Shown one piece after another: positions 1 to 9,353 of a DNA stretch of 64,000 bases. Origin of the DNA: an uncultured Bdellovibrionales bacterium. GTDB lineage: Bacteria > Patescibacteriota > Minisyncoccia > Moranbacterales > UBA1568. The DNA lies in the NCBI GenBank assembly GCA_964488025.1, contig CAZATJ010000002.1, positions 13,840-77,839 of the forward strand, in the 5' to 3' direction. The stretch's first letter is position 1; every line of letters starts with the position of its first letter. Position numbers and translations under genes: made by a program. The notes below the pieces were generated by a model. The model made no database searches, was not told the origin of the DNA, and worked only from the letters and a program-made list of their open reading frames with translations.

Positions 1-561
1 GAAGATAATGCTAGTTTTGCTCTTTATGAAAATAAAGATTATCTCCCTGTAGCTTCGATGCGAGATATGCGATTTATGAAAGTAAATGATGCTAAATATA
101 TTCTGTCTATTAAAAATTTAAAGAATACAGAGTCCTTATCTTTTTTGCAGAGCTATAATGAGCAGTGGAAACTCTATCTAGAGACGGACTCGAATGATAA
201 GGATTGTGATTCGGTAAAATATTATGAGAATACCCAGACTACCGAGTGTAAGCCAGCAGAAGGTAGGGTGAATCGTGGAGATCTCTCTTATTTGTACAGA
301 AAGACTATTTTTAACGATACACATACGATCTATAACCAATATGCCAATGGTTGGGAAATTGATTCTGATTACATCAAGAAAAATTTTCCGAAAGATGCGT
401 ACACAGTGAATCCTGATGGCAGCATTGATCTTGAGCTGACGCTCTATTTCAATCCCCAATCCTACTTTTATCTTGGCCTTATTGTGTCAGGAATCGCATT
501 GGTAGGGTGTTTGGGATACTTGGGGTATATTGGTATAATAAAGCGGAGAAAGACTGAGTAA
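1..561 (+). CDS. hypothetical protein, C-terminal fragment (reading frame open to window start) ending in a hydrophobic transmembrane anchor
   Basis: Frame 1 has no stop from nt 1 to the TAG at 559-561. The C-terminus YFYLGLIVSGIALVGCLGYLGYIGII is a predicted TM helix. No recognisable catalytic motif. Confidence 0.4.
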   Translation, partial: EDNASFALYENKDYLPVASMRDMRFMKVNDAKYILSIKNLKNTESLSFLQSYNEQWKLYLETDSNDKDCDSVKYYENTQTTECKPAEGRVNRGDLSYLYRKTIFNDTHTIYNQYANGWEIDSDYIKKNFPKDAYTVNPDGSIDLELTLYFNPQSYFYLGLIVSGIALVGCLGYLGYIGIIKRRKTE

Positions 562-605
562 AAAGGGCATTTTGTGTGGTGAGTTGGAAATAATAGTGAA
601 TAAGT

Positions 606-2117
606 ATGGATTTTTTGAAAATATTTGCAAGAATAAAGGTTTTCTTGGGAAAAAACGCTCGTTATATCGGTGTACTTTTATTTTTTGCTATGGTACTTCT
701 GTATGCCATGTCTGTTAATGGAGAAGGAAAAAGAAAAAATGGTTTAAAAAGTATTCCACAAGAGCAGTTAGAGGTTGTTCAAATTCCAGACCTTGATTAT
801 GTCGCACGATCAAAATCGTATTCGGGAGTATTTTCTTCGCAAGCAGGAGAGGCATACCGGGTGATTATTCAGGTGGAAGCGAACAAAGAAACGGATATCC
901 TTGTGTCCGCACGATCTGCCGGTGGCAAAGAGTTGGAGATCGGTTCTTTGAGTCTTCCTGGAAATACATCGACTTTTCGTGAGGCAGTTTTCGTAACCGA
1001 TGGGATGTATCGCGATATTGTCGTGAAGCTGCCGCAGAAGGAAGATGATAGAAGCGCGCAGTGGAACGATACGAGTGTACATATCGAGAAAGTCCTTGTA
1101 ACGCGACTGAATGTCTCTGCCCTCACTCAGGCTAGGGATTTGAAACCGACGGTATTCGGTATGCCTCAGACGGTTGTTTCTTACCTGCCTGCTTTTCGCG
1201 ATGTGGCGAAAGAAGATAGTTTTGCTTTTGCGAAAAATAGGATCGGGCAGTATTTCAAGGCGGATGCCTCGTCGCTTTCGGATGTAAGTTTTCGTGGCAA
1301 TATCATAGGAACAGGAGGGGAGGGGGCATATGAAGTGGAGGTTGGAAAATGCAAGACAGATGTGACGGATTGTGCCATCGGAGATCTTGAAATGGTGAAT
1401 AAAGTCCCATTTACTGCCGTAGATATGGAGCACTATCGGACAGATATATCAAAAAACCTTTATCAGTTTGATATATTTGTGCCACTTGAAGCCGGGGACG
1501 TCTATTATGTCGGCATAAACGCAGCCAATGTCAAGACAGATAAAAAGAATTATCTCGAGCTCAAGCAGTTCGAAGTGGACGGTGTACTGAAAGATTCTTT
1601 CATCGCTATTTCTACCATATTATCTGCTGATAGGGGCAGTGCGGATGGGGCAGAGCAACTGCTTTCTCGTGCGATGATCCAGGATATCGGTGATGCCTAT
1701 TGGTACGAGTATCATATGAGCGGTACGAAAGATGACCTAATCGATGTTCATAGCTCGTTTGGCAAAGTGAAGTTCGATAAGGATTTCGGAGCGCTGACGA
1801 TGCCGCGTGACCGCGATGTGTCGATGACGTTCAAAGTGGATACGTTTTATCCTTTCGAGAGTATGCAGGTCAAGGCTGCCGGATCGGATACCAAGGATAA
1901 CCAGTTCGTTTTGGAATATTCTTTCGATCAGGAGGAGTGGAAGGAGTTATCGTATGTACAACAGGAAAACGGTCCGCAAGTTTTTGATACGAATATTGTT
2001 GCCACACCAGGGAATGAGAAGACTGTTTTCCTCCGGGCGCGATCGACACAAGATGGCAGCAAATCCAAAAATTGGGGATTGAAAGATCTTTCCTTGTCCG
2101 CGTTGTTAAAAAAATAA
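606..2117 (+). CDS. hypothetical exported/membrane-anchored protein (N-terminal signal-anchor helix, large extracytoplasmic domain)
   Basis: 503-aa ORF with N-terminal hydrophobic stretch YIGVLLFFAMVLLYAMS. It is separated by only 6 nt from the next gene (likely co-translated). No family recognised. Confidence 0.45.
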   Translation: MDFLKIFARIKVFLGKNARYIGVLLFFAMVLLYAMSVNGEGKRKNGLKSIPQEQLEVVQIPDLDYVARSKSYSGVFSSQAGEAYRVIIQVEANKETDILVSARSAGGKELEIGSLSLPGNTSTFREAVFVTDGMYRDIVVKLPQKEDDRSAQWNDTSVHIEKVLVTRLNVSALTQARDLKPTVFGMPQTVVSYLPAFRDVAKEDSFAFAKNRIGQYFKADASSLSDVSFRGNIIGTGGEGAYEVEVGKCKTDVTDCAIGDLEMVNKVPFTAVDMEHYRTDISKNLYQFDIFVPLEAGDVYYVGINAANVKTDKKNYLELKQFEVDGVLKDSFIAISTILSADRGSADGAEQLLSRAMIQDIGDAYWYEYHMSGTKDDLIDVHSSFGKVKFDKDFGALTMPRDRDVSMTFKVDTFYPFESMQVKAAGSDTKDNQFVLEYSFDQEEWKELSYVQQENGPQVFDTNIVATPGNEKTVFLRARSTQDGSKSKNWGLKDLSLSALLKK

Positions 2118-2123
2118 GCGCGT

Positions 2124-4322
2124 ATGGAATTTCTGGAACAACAAACGAAAGGGTTTTTTTCTTTTTGGAAATGGGAAATCGGCGGAGTGCTGCTTCTTGG
2201 TTTTGTCGTTGTCATGAACCTTTTCCCGAACGGGTATGTCATCATGGGTGGCGATGTCATGCAGAATATCCATTTGAACGAGAATTATAGCAATCTTTTT
2301 TACGAATGGTTCGGGCGCGTTTCGTTTTTTTATCTCCCGTTTTATCTTTTGGATGTGATGGGCGTTTCCGCAACGGCGCAGCTTTCGTGGTATCTCGGCA
2401 TTTTTTTGGTATCGGCATACGTTTCTTTTTTTGTTTTCGGCCGGCTTTTGTTCTCATATGTCCGGGGAGCGCTTCTGGCTTTCGGTAGTCTTTTCTATGC
2501 CACCAATATCTATACGCTGTATATATTCACTTCGACCTGGGGATTTACGTATTATCAGATACTGTATGTTTTCATTCCGGTACTTACCGGTCTGTATATA
2601 CGATCACTGCAGAGTCGGTCGAGGATTTTCTCTCTCGCATTTCTTCTGGTGGTTTTCTTCGCATCGATGAGTTTCAGCAATCCGGCATTCGCTGTTTCTC
2701 TGGGGATGTATTTTATTCTGTTGACTGCCTTTTTATTTATTTTCCGTTTTGTCGTATGGGATAAGCGAGTACTCGGGAAAATAGCTCTTCTCGGTACTCT
2801 GAGCATCGCACTCAATGCATACTGGATGCTACCGGTACTGCCGCAGATGCGTGCCGGGATCGAGGGTGTCGGATCATCGACTGATATCAATTTGCCTGAA
2901 TCGCTGAGGAAGACTTCGAATGCTATTTTCGATACGCTCCGTCTGGTATCGACGTATGAACACGATATGTTTTATCCCTATAATTTTCCCTATCCGCAAA
3001 TCGAATGGCTGCAAAATCCGATTCTTGCGCTCACGTTCGCTCCTTTCTTTCTGATCCTTATTGGGTTTATGTTCATCAAGAAAAATGAGAATGTTCTGCG
3101 TTCTTGGTATCTGGTCTTTTTTGCGCTTCTGGCTGTTTTCACTGCTCTTGTAGCGCACGTCCGATATCCGTTCGATGTATTCAATAATTTTTTCTTCCAG
3201 CTTCCTGGATTCAACGTATTGCGCGGATGGGATAAGATGGCGATATTTACGCCGTTTCTCATCGTAACGCTTTTTTTCATTATGCTTGTTTCTCAGCAAG
3301 GGAAGAAATATTATCGATATCTTCTGGGGAGTTCTTTCGTGCTTGTTGTTTTGCTGGCATTGCCTTTTTATTTCGGTGGCATTCAGACGAAGATGAGCTA
3401 TATCCTGCAGGGGAATGATGAGAAAGACTATCGCGAGTCGCGCTACAGCGCCTTGGTCAAGATACCGGAACCGTACTATGATATCCAGGAAATTTTGAAA
3501 AAGGATACGGCAGATAACAAGATTTCGACGTTGCCTTTTTCGCCCGGATCGAGCGTGGGGCGCGTCGATCTTCCGAAATGGAAAGTCAATGCGCCGCACG
3601 TGATACCGTTTTTGTATCAGAAGAGCTATGTTGAACCGAACCAGCCGTATATCGGCGACCTGCGGTTTGCCAAAGAATATAGCGATATCCACCTGAATCC
3701 GGAAACGATTATCGACGTCTACGGGCTTTTGGGTGTGAAATATATCGTTTACCAGAAAGATGCTGATTCGGAAAGAGTGCAGAAATTTGGGCGCGCGCGG
3801 GCATTTCTCGAAGAAAAATCGGCGATACAGATGATTGCCGATAGCGAATGGATATCGCTGTATACGGTTGATGACAGCCGCGTGTTTCCTTATATGTATG
3901 TCAGCGATGAAGCATTTTCTTTTGATTCGGATCAGGAAAATATGTCTAGTGGAATACGGGCGTTTCAGGAAACCGTTTCACCGGTATCTTACGAACGGAA
4001 AAATCCGAAAGAGATTGTTATTCAGGTGACGACGGATATTTCCAGGAATTCCTTGGTGTATCTCAATGAAAAATATGATACTCTCTGGCAAGCAGTATAT
4101 GTATCCAAAGATGGTAAGAGAGTTTCTCTTGCAAGAGAGGATACTGTCAATTTCGCAAATGCGTGGAAAACTGATTATGTCGCGGCTGGAGGGAAAATAG
4201 AGATATCGCATCGGTCATTCCGGCTTCTGCGTGTGGGGCTTATGATTTCTGGTATAGTGCTTCTGGCTGTCATCTCTTTTTTGATGTATCGTATATTTAC
4301 AAGAAAATATGGAAAAAACTGA
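2124..4322 (+). CDS. large polytopic GT-C-like membrane protein (YfhO-like candidate lipid-linked sugar transferase)
   Basis: 732 aa with more than 10 predicted TM helices in the N-terminal two thirds, a soluble C-terminal domain and a final C-terminal TM helix. It is adjacent to GtrA-like and GtrB-like genes, the architecture of three-component glycosylation systems. Confidence 0.45.
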   Translation: MEFLEQQTKGFFSFWKWEIGGVLLLGFVVVMNLFPNGYVIMGGDVMQNIHLNENYSNLFYEWFGRVSFFYLPFYLLDVMGVSATAQLSWYLGIFLVSAYVSFFVFGRLLFSYVRGALLAFGSLFYATNIYTLYIFTSTWGFTYYQILYVFIPVLTGLYIRSLQSRSRIFSLAFLLVVFFASMSFSNPAFAVSLGMYFILLTAFLFIFRFVVWDKRVLGKIALLGTLSIALNAYWMLPVLPQMRAGIEGVGSSTDINLPESLRKTSNAIFDTLRLVSTYEHDMFYPYNFPYPQIEWLQNPILALTFAPFFLILIGFMFIKKNENVLRSWYLVFFALLAVFTALVAHVRYPFDVFNNFFFQLPGFNVLRGWDKMAIFTPFLIVTLFFIMLVSQQGKKYYRYLLGSSFVLVVLLALPFYFGGIQTKMSYILQGNDEKDYRESRYSALVKIPEPYYDIQEILKKDTADNKISTLPFSPGSSVGRVDLPKWKVNAPHVIPFLYQKSYVEPNQPYIGDLRFAKEYSDIHLNPETIIDVYGLLGVKYIVYQKDADSERVQKFGRARAFLEEKSAIQMIADSEWISLYTVDDSRVFPYMYVSDEAFSFDSDQENMSSGIRAFQETVSPVSYERKNPKEIVIQVTTDISRNSLVYLNEKYDTLWQAVYVSKDGKRVSLAREDTVNFANAWKTDYVAAGGKIEISHRSFRLLRVGLMISGIVLLAVISFLMYRIFTRKYGKN

Positions 4323-4677
4323 TATGAATCATAGCGATATTGACCAAGTAAGGTATTTCCTCAAGACAAGAAAGAAAGATGTCATTTTTCTTGGTATAGG
4401 GCTCTTCATCGGAATCGTGTTGAATTGGGATCTCGCCGAAATTTTTATATTCGAGGTTTTGATTTGGTCTATCCTGGGGCCGATTTCTAGTCAAATCCTG
4501 GCCGGCATAGCTCTTTTTTTCCTTGCATCGACACCGATACTGCTTTTATTTGGGCGCGACGCCCAGGCAGAACAATATGCTGTGTATGCCTACTATTTCC
4601 TGGTAATGGCCGTCATTCGGGGGATTATTGAGGTGAGAGGAAAGAAAAACGATGGTGTAATGGAAAATGAGCCCTAA
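4309..4677 (+). CDS. small multi-TM membrane protein, GtrA-like candidate (flippase component for polyprenyl-P-sugar)
   Basis: 122 aa with 3-4 hydrophobic helices. It overlaps the upstream gene by 14 nt and precedes a GtrB-like GT2. Size and context fit the GtrA family, but no diagnostic motif was seen. Confidence 0.35.
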   Translation: MEKTDMNHSDIDQVRYFLKTRKKDVIFLGIGLFIGIVLNWDLAEIFIFEVLIWSILGPISSQILAGIALFFLASTPILLLFGRDAQAEQYAVYAYYFLVMAVIRGIIEVRGKKNDGVMENEP

Positions 4678-4730
4678 TTTGCCAGTTTTGGCTCTCTGGA
4701 CTAAAATAAAGATACATAATCAATTTCAGT

Positions 4731-5675
4731 ATGAATGAAAATCAGCCGTATTTGTCGGTCGTTGTTCCGTTGTATAACGAAGAAGGAAACGTGAGGGAGC
4801 TCCATCGGAAAATTCGCGAGGCGGTCGAGAAGATTGGACGGCCGTTTGAAATTATTTTCGTGGATGATGGATCCAAAGACGGGACACTCGAGGCGGCCAA
4901 GGGACTGACTCCGCTCAAGCTCATTGCTTTCCGTAAGAACTTTGGTCAGACCGCCGCTTTTGATGCCGGTTTCAAGGCGGCAACGGGGGAAATCATTATT
5001 ACACTTGACGGTGATTTGCAGAACGACCCGGCTGATATCCCGCTTTTGCTTGAGAAAATGGCCGAAGGGTTTGATGTGGTGTCCGGCTGGCGCCATAAGC
5101 GTCAGGACCCGTGGAGTAAAAAGATTCCGTCGCGTATCGCCAACCTGCTCCGCAAGTTTCTCATTCACGATGATATCCATGACTCCGGATGCAGTCTGAA
5201 GGCCTATAAGCGCGAGTGTTTCAAGGACGTGGACTTGTTTGGTGAGATGCATCGCTTCATCCCGGCTATTTTGCAGCTTGATGGCTACCGGGTAGGTGAG
5301 GTGAAAGTGTCGCATCATCCACGCATCCACGGAGTGACCAAATATAATTGGAAGCGTGGCTTCAAAGGACTGGTGGATATGATTTCCATCTGGTTCTGGC
5401 GCAAGTATTCCAATCGACCGCTGCATCTTTTTGGGGCGAGCGGGGTCATCTTGTCCTTTGTCGGTACGGTTATTTTGGTCTGGATGATGATTGAAAAATT
5501 CTACTTCGGCGCCTCTATTTCCGAGCGCCTGTGGCCTCTGGTGGGTATCTTTTTTGTCCTGGTGGGTGTGCAGCTTTTTATTTCCGGTCTCTTGGCCGAT
5601 ATCATGGTACGCAACTACTACCAGGGTCGGGAGCGTATGAATTACAACATAAAACAAATAACAGAAAACAAATAA
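4731..5675 (+). CDS. GT2 family polyprenyl-phosphate glycosyltransferase (GtrB/DPM1/ArnC-like)
   Basis: Motifs: LSVVVPLYNEEGN, VDDGSKDGT, TLDGDLQNDP (DXD), two C-terminal TM helices. The last 10 codons (NYNIKQITENK) and the stop are encoded by the downstream CAAATAACA repeat. Confidence 0.85.
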   Translation: MNENQPYLSVVVPLYNEEGNVRELHRKIREAVEKIGRPFEIIFVDDGSKDGTLEAAKGLTPLKLIAFRKNFGQTAAFDAGFKAATGEIIITLDGDLQNDPADIPLLLEKMAEGFDVVSGWRHKRQDPWSKKIPSRIANLLRKFLIHDDIHDSGCSLKAYKRECFKDVDLFGEMHRFIPAILQLDGYRVGEVKVSHHPRIHGVTKYNWKRGFKGLVDMISIWFWRKYSNRPLHLFGASGVILSFVGTVILVWMMIEKFYFGASISERLWPLVGIFFVLVGVQLFISGLLADIMVRNYYQGRERMNYNIKQITENK

Positions 5676-5724
5676 CAATCAACGAAGAACGGGGAGCAAA
5701 TAACAGACAGCAAATAGCAATCAA
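5654..5724. repeat. four tandem degenerate 14-15-mers CAAATAACAnnnnnn / CAAATAGCAATCAAC immediately 5' of the four-helix-bundle gene
   Basis: Direct reading: caaataacagaaaa, caaataacaatcaac, caaataacagacag, caaatagcaatcaac. Confidence 0.7.
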
Positions 5725-5729
5725 CAGAA

Positions 5730-6089
5730 ATGTCACAAGATGTCTTGAAGGAAAAGATGGACGAGCTTGCTAAGGGCGTATATACCGTCACCAAGGTTTT
5801 TCCTAAGGAGGAAATATATGGGTTAACCTCACAAATACAGCGAGCATCACTGTCGGTTATCCTAAACTATATTGAAGGCTTTGCACGAACGGGGGATAAA
5901 GAATTTAAAAACTTCCTACAGATTTCCTATGGTTCATTAAAGGAAACCCAATATCTTCTTTTCTTTTGTACTCGTGAAGAATATATTAAAAAGGGAGACT
6001 ATGAGAAACTTATGAAGTTGTCAGACGAAATTGGGGCTATGCTTTGGAAAAGAATCAAAACCGTAAAAGAAAAAATCGCTAATAGTTAG
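5730..6089 (+). CDS. four-helix-bundle protein (23S rRNA intervening-sequence protein family, TIGR02436-like)
   Basis: Strong family match: YGLTSQIQRASLSVILNYIEGFAR and FLQISYGSLKETQYLL, the hallmark block of IVS-encoded four-helix-bundle proteins. 119 aa. Confidence 0.85.
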   Translation: MSQDVLKEKMDELAKGVYTVTKVFPKEEIYGLTSQIQRASLSVILNYIEGFARTGDKEFKNFLQISYGSLKETQYLLFFCTREEYIKKGDYEKLMKLSDEIGAMLWKRIKTVKEKIANS

Positions 6090-6112
6090 TTGCTGGTTGT
6101 TTATTGTTAATT

Positions 6113-6121
6113 GTTGATTGT
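6113..6121. repeat. GTTGATTGT, inverted copy of ACAATCAAC (5675-5683 and 5718-5725) flanking the four-helix-bundle gene
   Basis: Seen directly. The reverse complement of 6090-6124 (cataagacaatcaacaattaacaataaacaaccagcaa) mirrors the 5' flank aacaaataacaatcaacgaag. Confidence 0.6.
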
Positions 6122-6124
6122 CTT

Positions 6125-7435
6125 ATGAAAGTCACTTTTCTGGGGACCGGATACGTTGGTCTGGTGTCGGGTGCTTGTATGGCGGAAATCGGCCATGAGG
6201 TCATTTGTGCCGATATTGATAAGAAGAAGATTGCTCTCCTCAAAAAAGGTGGCATTCCGATTTATGAAATCGGTTTGGAAGAAATCGTGGAGCGTAATGT
6301 CAAAGAAGGACGCCTGACCTTTACCACAGATTTGAAAAAGGCTATCGAAGAGTCGGAAGTGGTTTTTATGGCGGTTGGAACCCCGGAAGACAAGGTGACT
6401 GGTCAGGCTGACCTGCAGTACGTGTTTGCGGCGGCGGAGACGTTTGGCAAACACCTGAACGGCTTTAAAGTTTTCGTTGACAAATCAACCGTGCCGGTCG
6501 GAACCGCTGAGAAGGTGGAGGAGATTATTAAGAAGGCATCAAAGGGGAAGCATCCGTTCGAAGTAGTGTCGAATCCGGAATTTTTGCGCGAAGGAGCGGC
6601 GGTGAAAGATTTTTTGAATCCGGATCGCGTGGTGGTGGGAGCGAAATCGGCCAAGGCTAAGAAGCTCATGGAGCAGGTTTATCGCCCGCTTGCTCGTGCC
6701 GGACGACCGATCATGTTTACCGACGTGCGTAGTGCCGAAATCATCAAGTACGCGGCCAACGCGTTTCTTGCCATGAAGATTACCTTTATGAACGAGGTGG
6801 CAAATTTCTGCGATGTCGCTGGAGGCAACGTCAAGGAAGTGGCCAAGGGCCTTGGTTACGACAACCGTATCGGAGGACGGTTCCTGTATGCCGGTATCGG
6901 GTACGGCGGATCGTGTTTCCCTAAGGACGTGAAGGCTTTCATTGAAACGGGGAATGAGTACAATTCTCATTTTCACATCATTGAGACCGTGAGTGAAGTG
7001 AACGAAGCTCAGCGAATCAAGCCATTCGTGAAATTGAAAGAAACGTTCGGCGGGAAATTAAAGAATAAAACCGTTGCCGTGTGGGGACTGGCTTTCAAGC
7101 CGCGTACCGACGACGTGCGGGAGGCACCGGGAATCGAGAACAGCAAGCTTTTTCTCGAAGAGGGTTGCAAGGTACGTGTCTTTGATCCGGTGGCGATGGA
7201 AAATGCCAAGAAAGTGCTTGCACATAAGAACCTGACCTATGCCAAGAAGGCACTGGATACCCTGAAGGGCGCTGATGCTCTGGTGATTTGCACGGAGTGG
7301 GATGAATTTCGAGTGGCGGATTATAAAGATATGAAGAAACTCATGAAGGGTGATTGTATCTATGATGGGCGTAACGTGCTTGAGCGTTCCGAGGCCGAAG
7401 CGAACGGATTTACTTATTATGGCATCGGAGTTTAA
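6125..7435 (+). CDS. ugd: UDP-glucose 6-dehydrogenase
   Basis: N-terminal Rossmann motif MKVTFLGTGYVGLVSG and catalytic GGSCFPKDV Cys motif. An in-frame upstream ATG at 6104 (MLIVDCLM) is supplied by the repeat module. The start at 6125 is favoured by homology. Confidence 0.9.
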   Translation: MKVTFLGTGYVGLVSGACMAEIGHEVICADIDKKKIALLKKGGIPIYEIGLEEIVERNVKEGRLTFTTDLKKAIEESEVVFMAVGTPEDKVTGQADLQYVFAAAETFGKHLNGFKVFVDKSTVPVGTAEKVEEIIKKASKGKHPFEVVSNPEFLREGAAVKDFLNPDRVVVGAKSAKAKKLMEQVYRPLARAGRPIMFTDVRSAEIIKYAANAFLAMKITFMNEVANFCDVAGGNVKEVAKGLGYDNRIGGRFLYAGIGYGGSCFPKDVKAFIETGNEYNSHFHIIETVSEVNEAQRIKPFVKLKETFGGKLKNKTVAVWGLAFKPRTDDVREAPGIENSKLFLEEGCKVRVFDPVAMENAKKVLAHKNLTYAKKALDTLKGADALVICTEWDEFRVADYKDMKKLMKGDCIYDGRNVLERSEAEANGFTYYGIGV

Positions 7436-7494
7436 GACAATAATCAATCACCAGTCAGCAATCAGTGGTGAGTAAATAGCAAGAGAACAAAAGA

Positions 7495-7983
7495 ATGAAA
7501 ACGGTGGTATATATTGATGGTGCAAATCTTCATCGGGGCACAGTAAATCTTGGCTGGAATTTAGACTATGCCCGTTTTCGAGTTTGGTTAGAAGATAAGT
7601 ATAAGGCGGAAGCGGTGTATCTTTTCATTGGGTTGATATCAAAAAACAAAGGTTTATATACTGCCTTGCAAGAGGCAGGATATATTTTGGTATACAAGGA
7701 AGTAACCTATGACGGAAGCGGAAAAGTGAAAGGGAATTGCGATGCTGAGTTGGTATTGAAAATGACTTCTGATTGCTATGAAAATCGTTATGATCAGGCG
7801 ATTTTGGTATCGAGTGATGGGGACTATGCCGGACTGGTGAGTTTTTTGAAAGAGAAGAGGAAATTTCGAGCACTTATTTCGCCGAGCAATAATTGCTCTT
7901 TTCTTTTGAGAAAATTGAATGTCCCCATTATCTATCTTGATACTAAAAGAGAAAAGTTAATGAAAAGAAAAAGCCCCCAATAG
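7495..7983 (+). CDS. NYN domain (LabA-like, PIN-fold) putative ribonuclease
   Basis: YIDGANL N-terminal acidic motif, CDAELVL and LVSSDGDYAGLV blocks typical of NYN/LabA domains. 162 aa. Confidence 0.65.
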   Translation: MKTVVYIDGANLHRGTVNLGWNLDYARFRVWLEDKYKAEAVYLFIGLISKNKGLYTALQEAGYILVYKEVTYDGSGKVKGNCDAELVLKMTSDCYENRYDQAILVSSDGDYAGLVSFLKEKRKFRALISPSNNCSFLLRKLNVPIIYLDTKREKLMKRKSPQ

Positions 7984-8011
7984 GTACGGATCCTACCAGG
8001 GTCTTTTTCAT
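7976..8011 (+). terminator. candidate intrinsic terminator after the NYN gene
   Basis: cccaatagg..cctaccaggg imperfect stem followed by tcttttt. Confidence 0.4.
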
Positions 8012-8058
8012 AGTGATGTCACCATTATACACCCGTTTTTATAGAAAGTCAATACAGT

Positions 8059-9225
8059 ATGAAAATATTGTTTCTCAATTACGAGTACCCGCCAATCGGG
8101 GGTGGGGCGAGCGTCGCGACCGAAGCGATCTTGCGCGAGTGGGCCAAAACACCGGAAGTAGAGGTGCATCTCGTGACCGCGGGTGTCGGCAGTGTTTTGG
8201 AGCACGTGCACGTCGGGGGCAATGTTTTCGTACATCGGCTGCCGATTGGGAAAAATCCGGAAAAGCTTCATTCGCAGTCATTGCGTGATATTTTTGTCTA
8301 TACTTTCAAGGCCTGGCTGTTTCTTGGGAGTTTTGTGCGTGAAGAGAATAAAAAGCAGAGATTCGATATCACCCTGGCATTCTTCACCGTACCTTGTGGG
8401 TTTCTCGCCTATCTTTTGAAGCTGTTTCGCGGTATTCCCTATGCGGTGTCGCTCCGCGGCGCCGATGTGCCGGGCTTCAGTGAGAAGTATGATACATTCT
8501 ATCTTTTCGCCAAACCGCTGGTGCGCTTTCTCTGGAGACAGGCGGAAAAAGTGATACCAAACAGTGTTGGTATCACGGAACTGGCCAAAAAAACAAATGC
8601 GGCTCAAGCGATGGAGATTATCGAAAACGGTGTCGATACGGAAACCTTTTGTCCAAAAAAAGAGAGTCAATCTGGAGAGCGAGTCCTGTTCCTTTCGACG
8701 TCACGCCTCACGCCGCGCAAGGGGATTCACCATCTGATCGAAGCGTTCGCCATAGCGGTGAAGCATGCGACAGTGTCGATGAAATTGCAACTGATCGGAG
8801 AGGGGGAACAGAAGGAATCTCTTGAGGCACGGGTTAAAGAGCTCGGTATCGAAACTCAGGTGGAATTTCTTGGACGAGTCGAACACCAATTATTGCCGCA
8901 GTTCTATCATCAAGCACATGTCTTCGTCTTGCCTTCCAAGAACGAGGGGATGAGCAATGCGGCACTTGAAGGACTGGCTTCCGGGTTGCCACTGGTTGTT
9001 TCTGGGACTGGTGGGATGCAGGAGTTGGTCACTGATGGGGTGAATGGATATTTCATTGACCCGGAAAACGTGGAATCCTTTGCTTCTACACTTGCCGCCC
9101 TCGCCAGCGATCGGGAACGACTGGCCGCCTTTGGTGCCGAGAGTCGTCGTCGGGCAGAGCTGCGCGGTTGGGATAAGGTCGCTCAGAATTTCCGCCGAAC
9201 ACTCGAACAGAGTATCAAAAAATAG
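8059..9225 (+). CDS. GT4 family glycosyltransferase (retaining, group-1)
   Basis: N-terminal KILFLNYEYPPIGGGAS and C-terminal EGMSNAALEGLASGLPLVVSGTGGMQELV (EX7E motif). Confidence 0.85.
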   Translation: MKILFLNYEYPPIGGGASVATEAILREWAKTPEVEVHLVTAGVGSVLEHVHVGGNVFVHRLPIGKNPEKLHSQSLRDIFVYTFKAWLFLGSFVREENKKQRFDITLAFFTVPCGFLAYLLKLFRGIPYAVSLRGADVPGFSEKYDTFYLFAKPLVRFLWRQAEKVIPNSVGITELAKKTNAAQAMEIIENGVDTETFCPKKESQSGERVLFLSTSRLTPRKGIHHLIEAFAIAVKHATVSMKLQLIGEGEQKESLEARVKELGIETQVEFLGRVEHQLLPQFYHQAHVFVLPSKNEGMSNAALEGLASGLPLVVSGTGGMQELVTDGVNGYFIDPENVESFASTLAALASDRERLAAFGAESRRRAELRGWDKVAQNFRRTLEQSIKK

Positions 9226-9290
9226 TTGTCCACATTTGTAAGTGGTCGTGGTGAAATGTGTACAGAGTGAAAATTTTAGAAAAGTAAAAA

Positions 9291-9347
9291 GCCGGGGAAC
9301 GTAGTTATCGTTCACCGGCTCTTGTTTTACCTGACGCGCTGGTCAGG
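9291..9347. terminator. bidirectional terminator pair between convergent genes
   Basis: gccggggaacgtagttatcgttcaccggc hairpin, preceded by aaaaa and followed by tcttgtttt. Then CCTGACgcgctgGTCAGG, a perfect 6-bp hairpin. Confidence 0.6.
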
Positions 9348-9353
9348 CGGAGT

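Noticed and set aside
810-1433. Antisense ORFs (810-1433, 869-1126, 1181-1378 on the minus strand) inside the 606-2117 gene
   Set aside because: They overlap a longer, better-supported sense ORF and have low-complexity products. Likely spurious.
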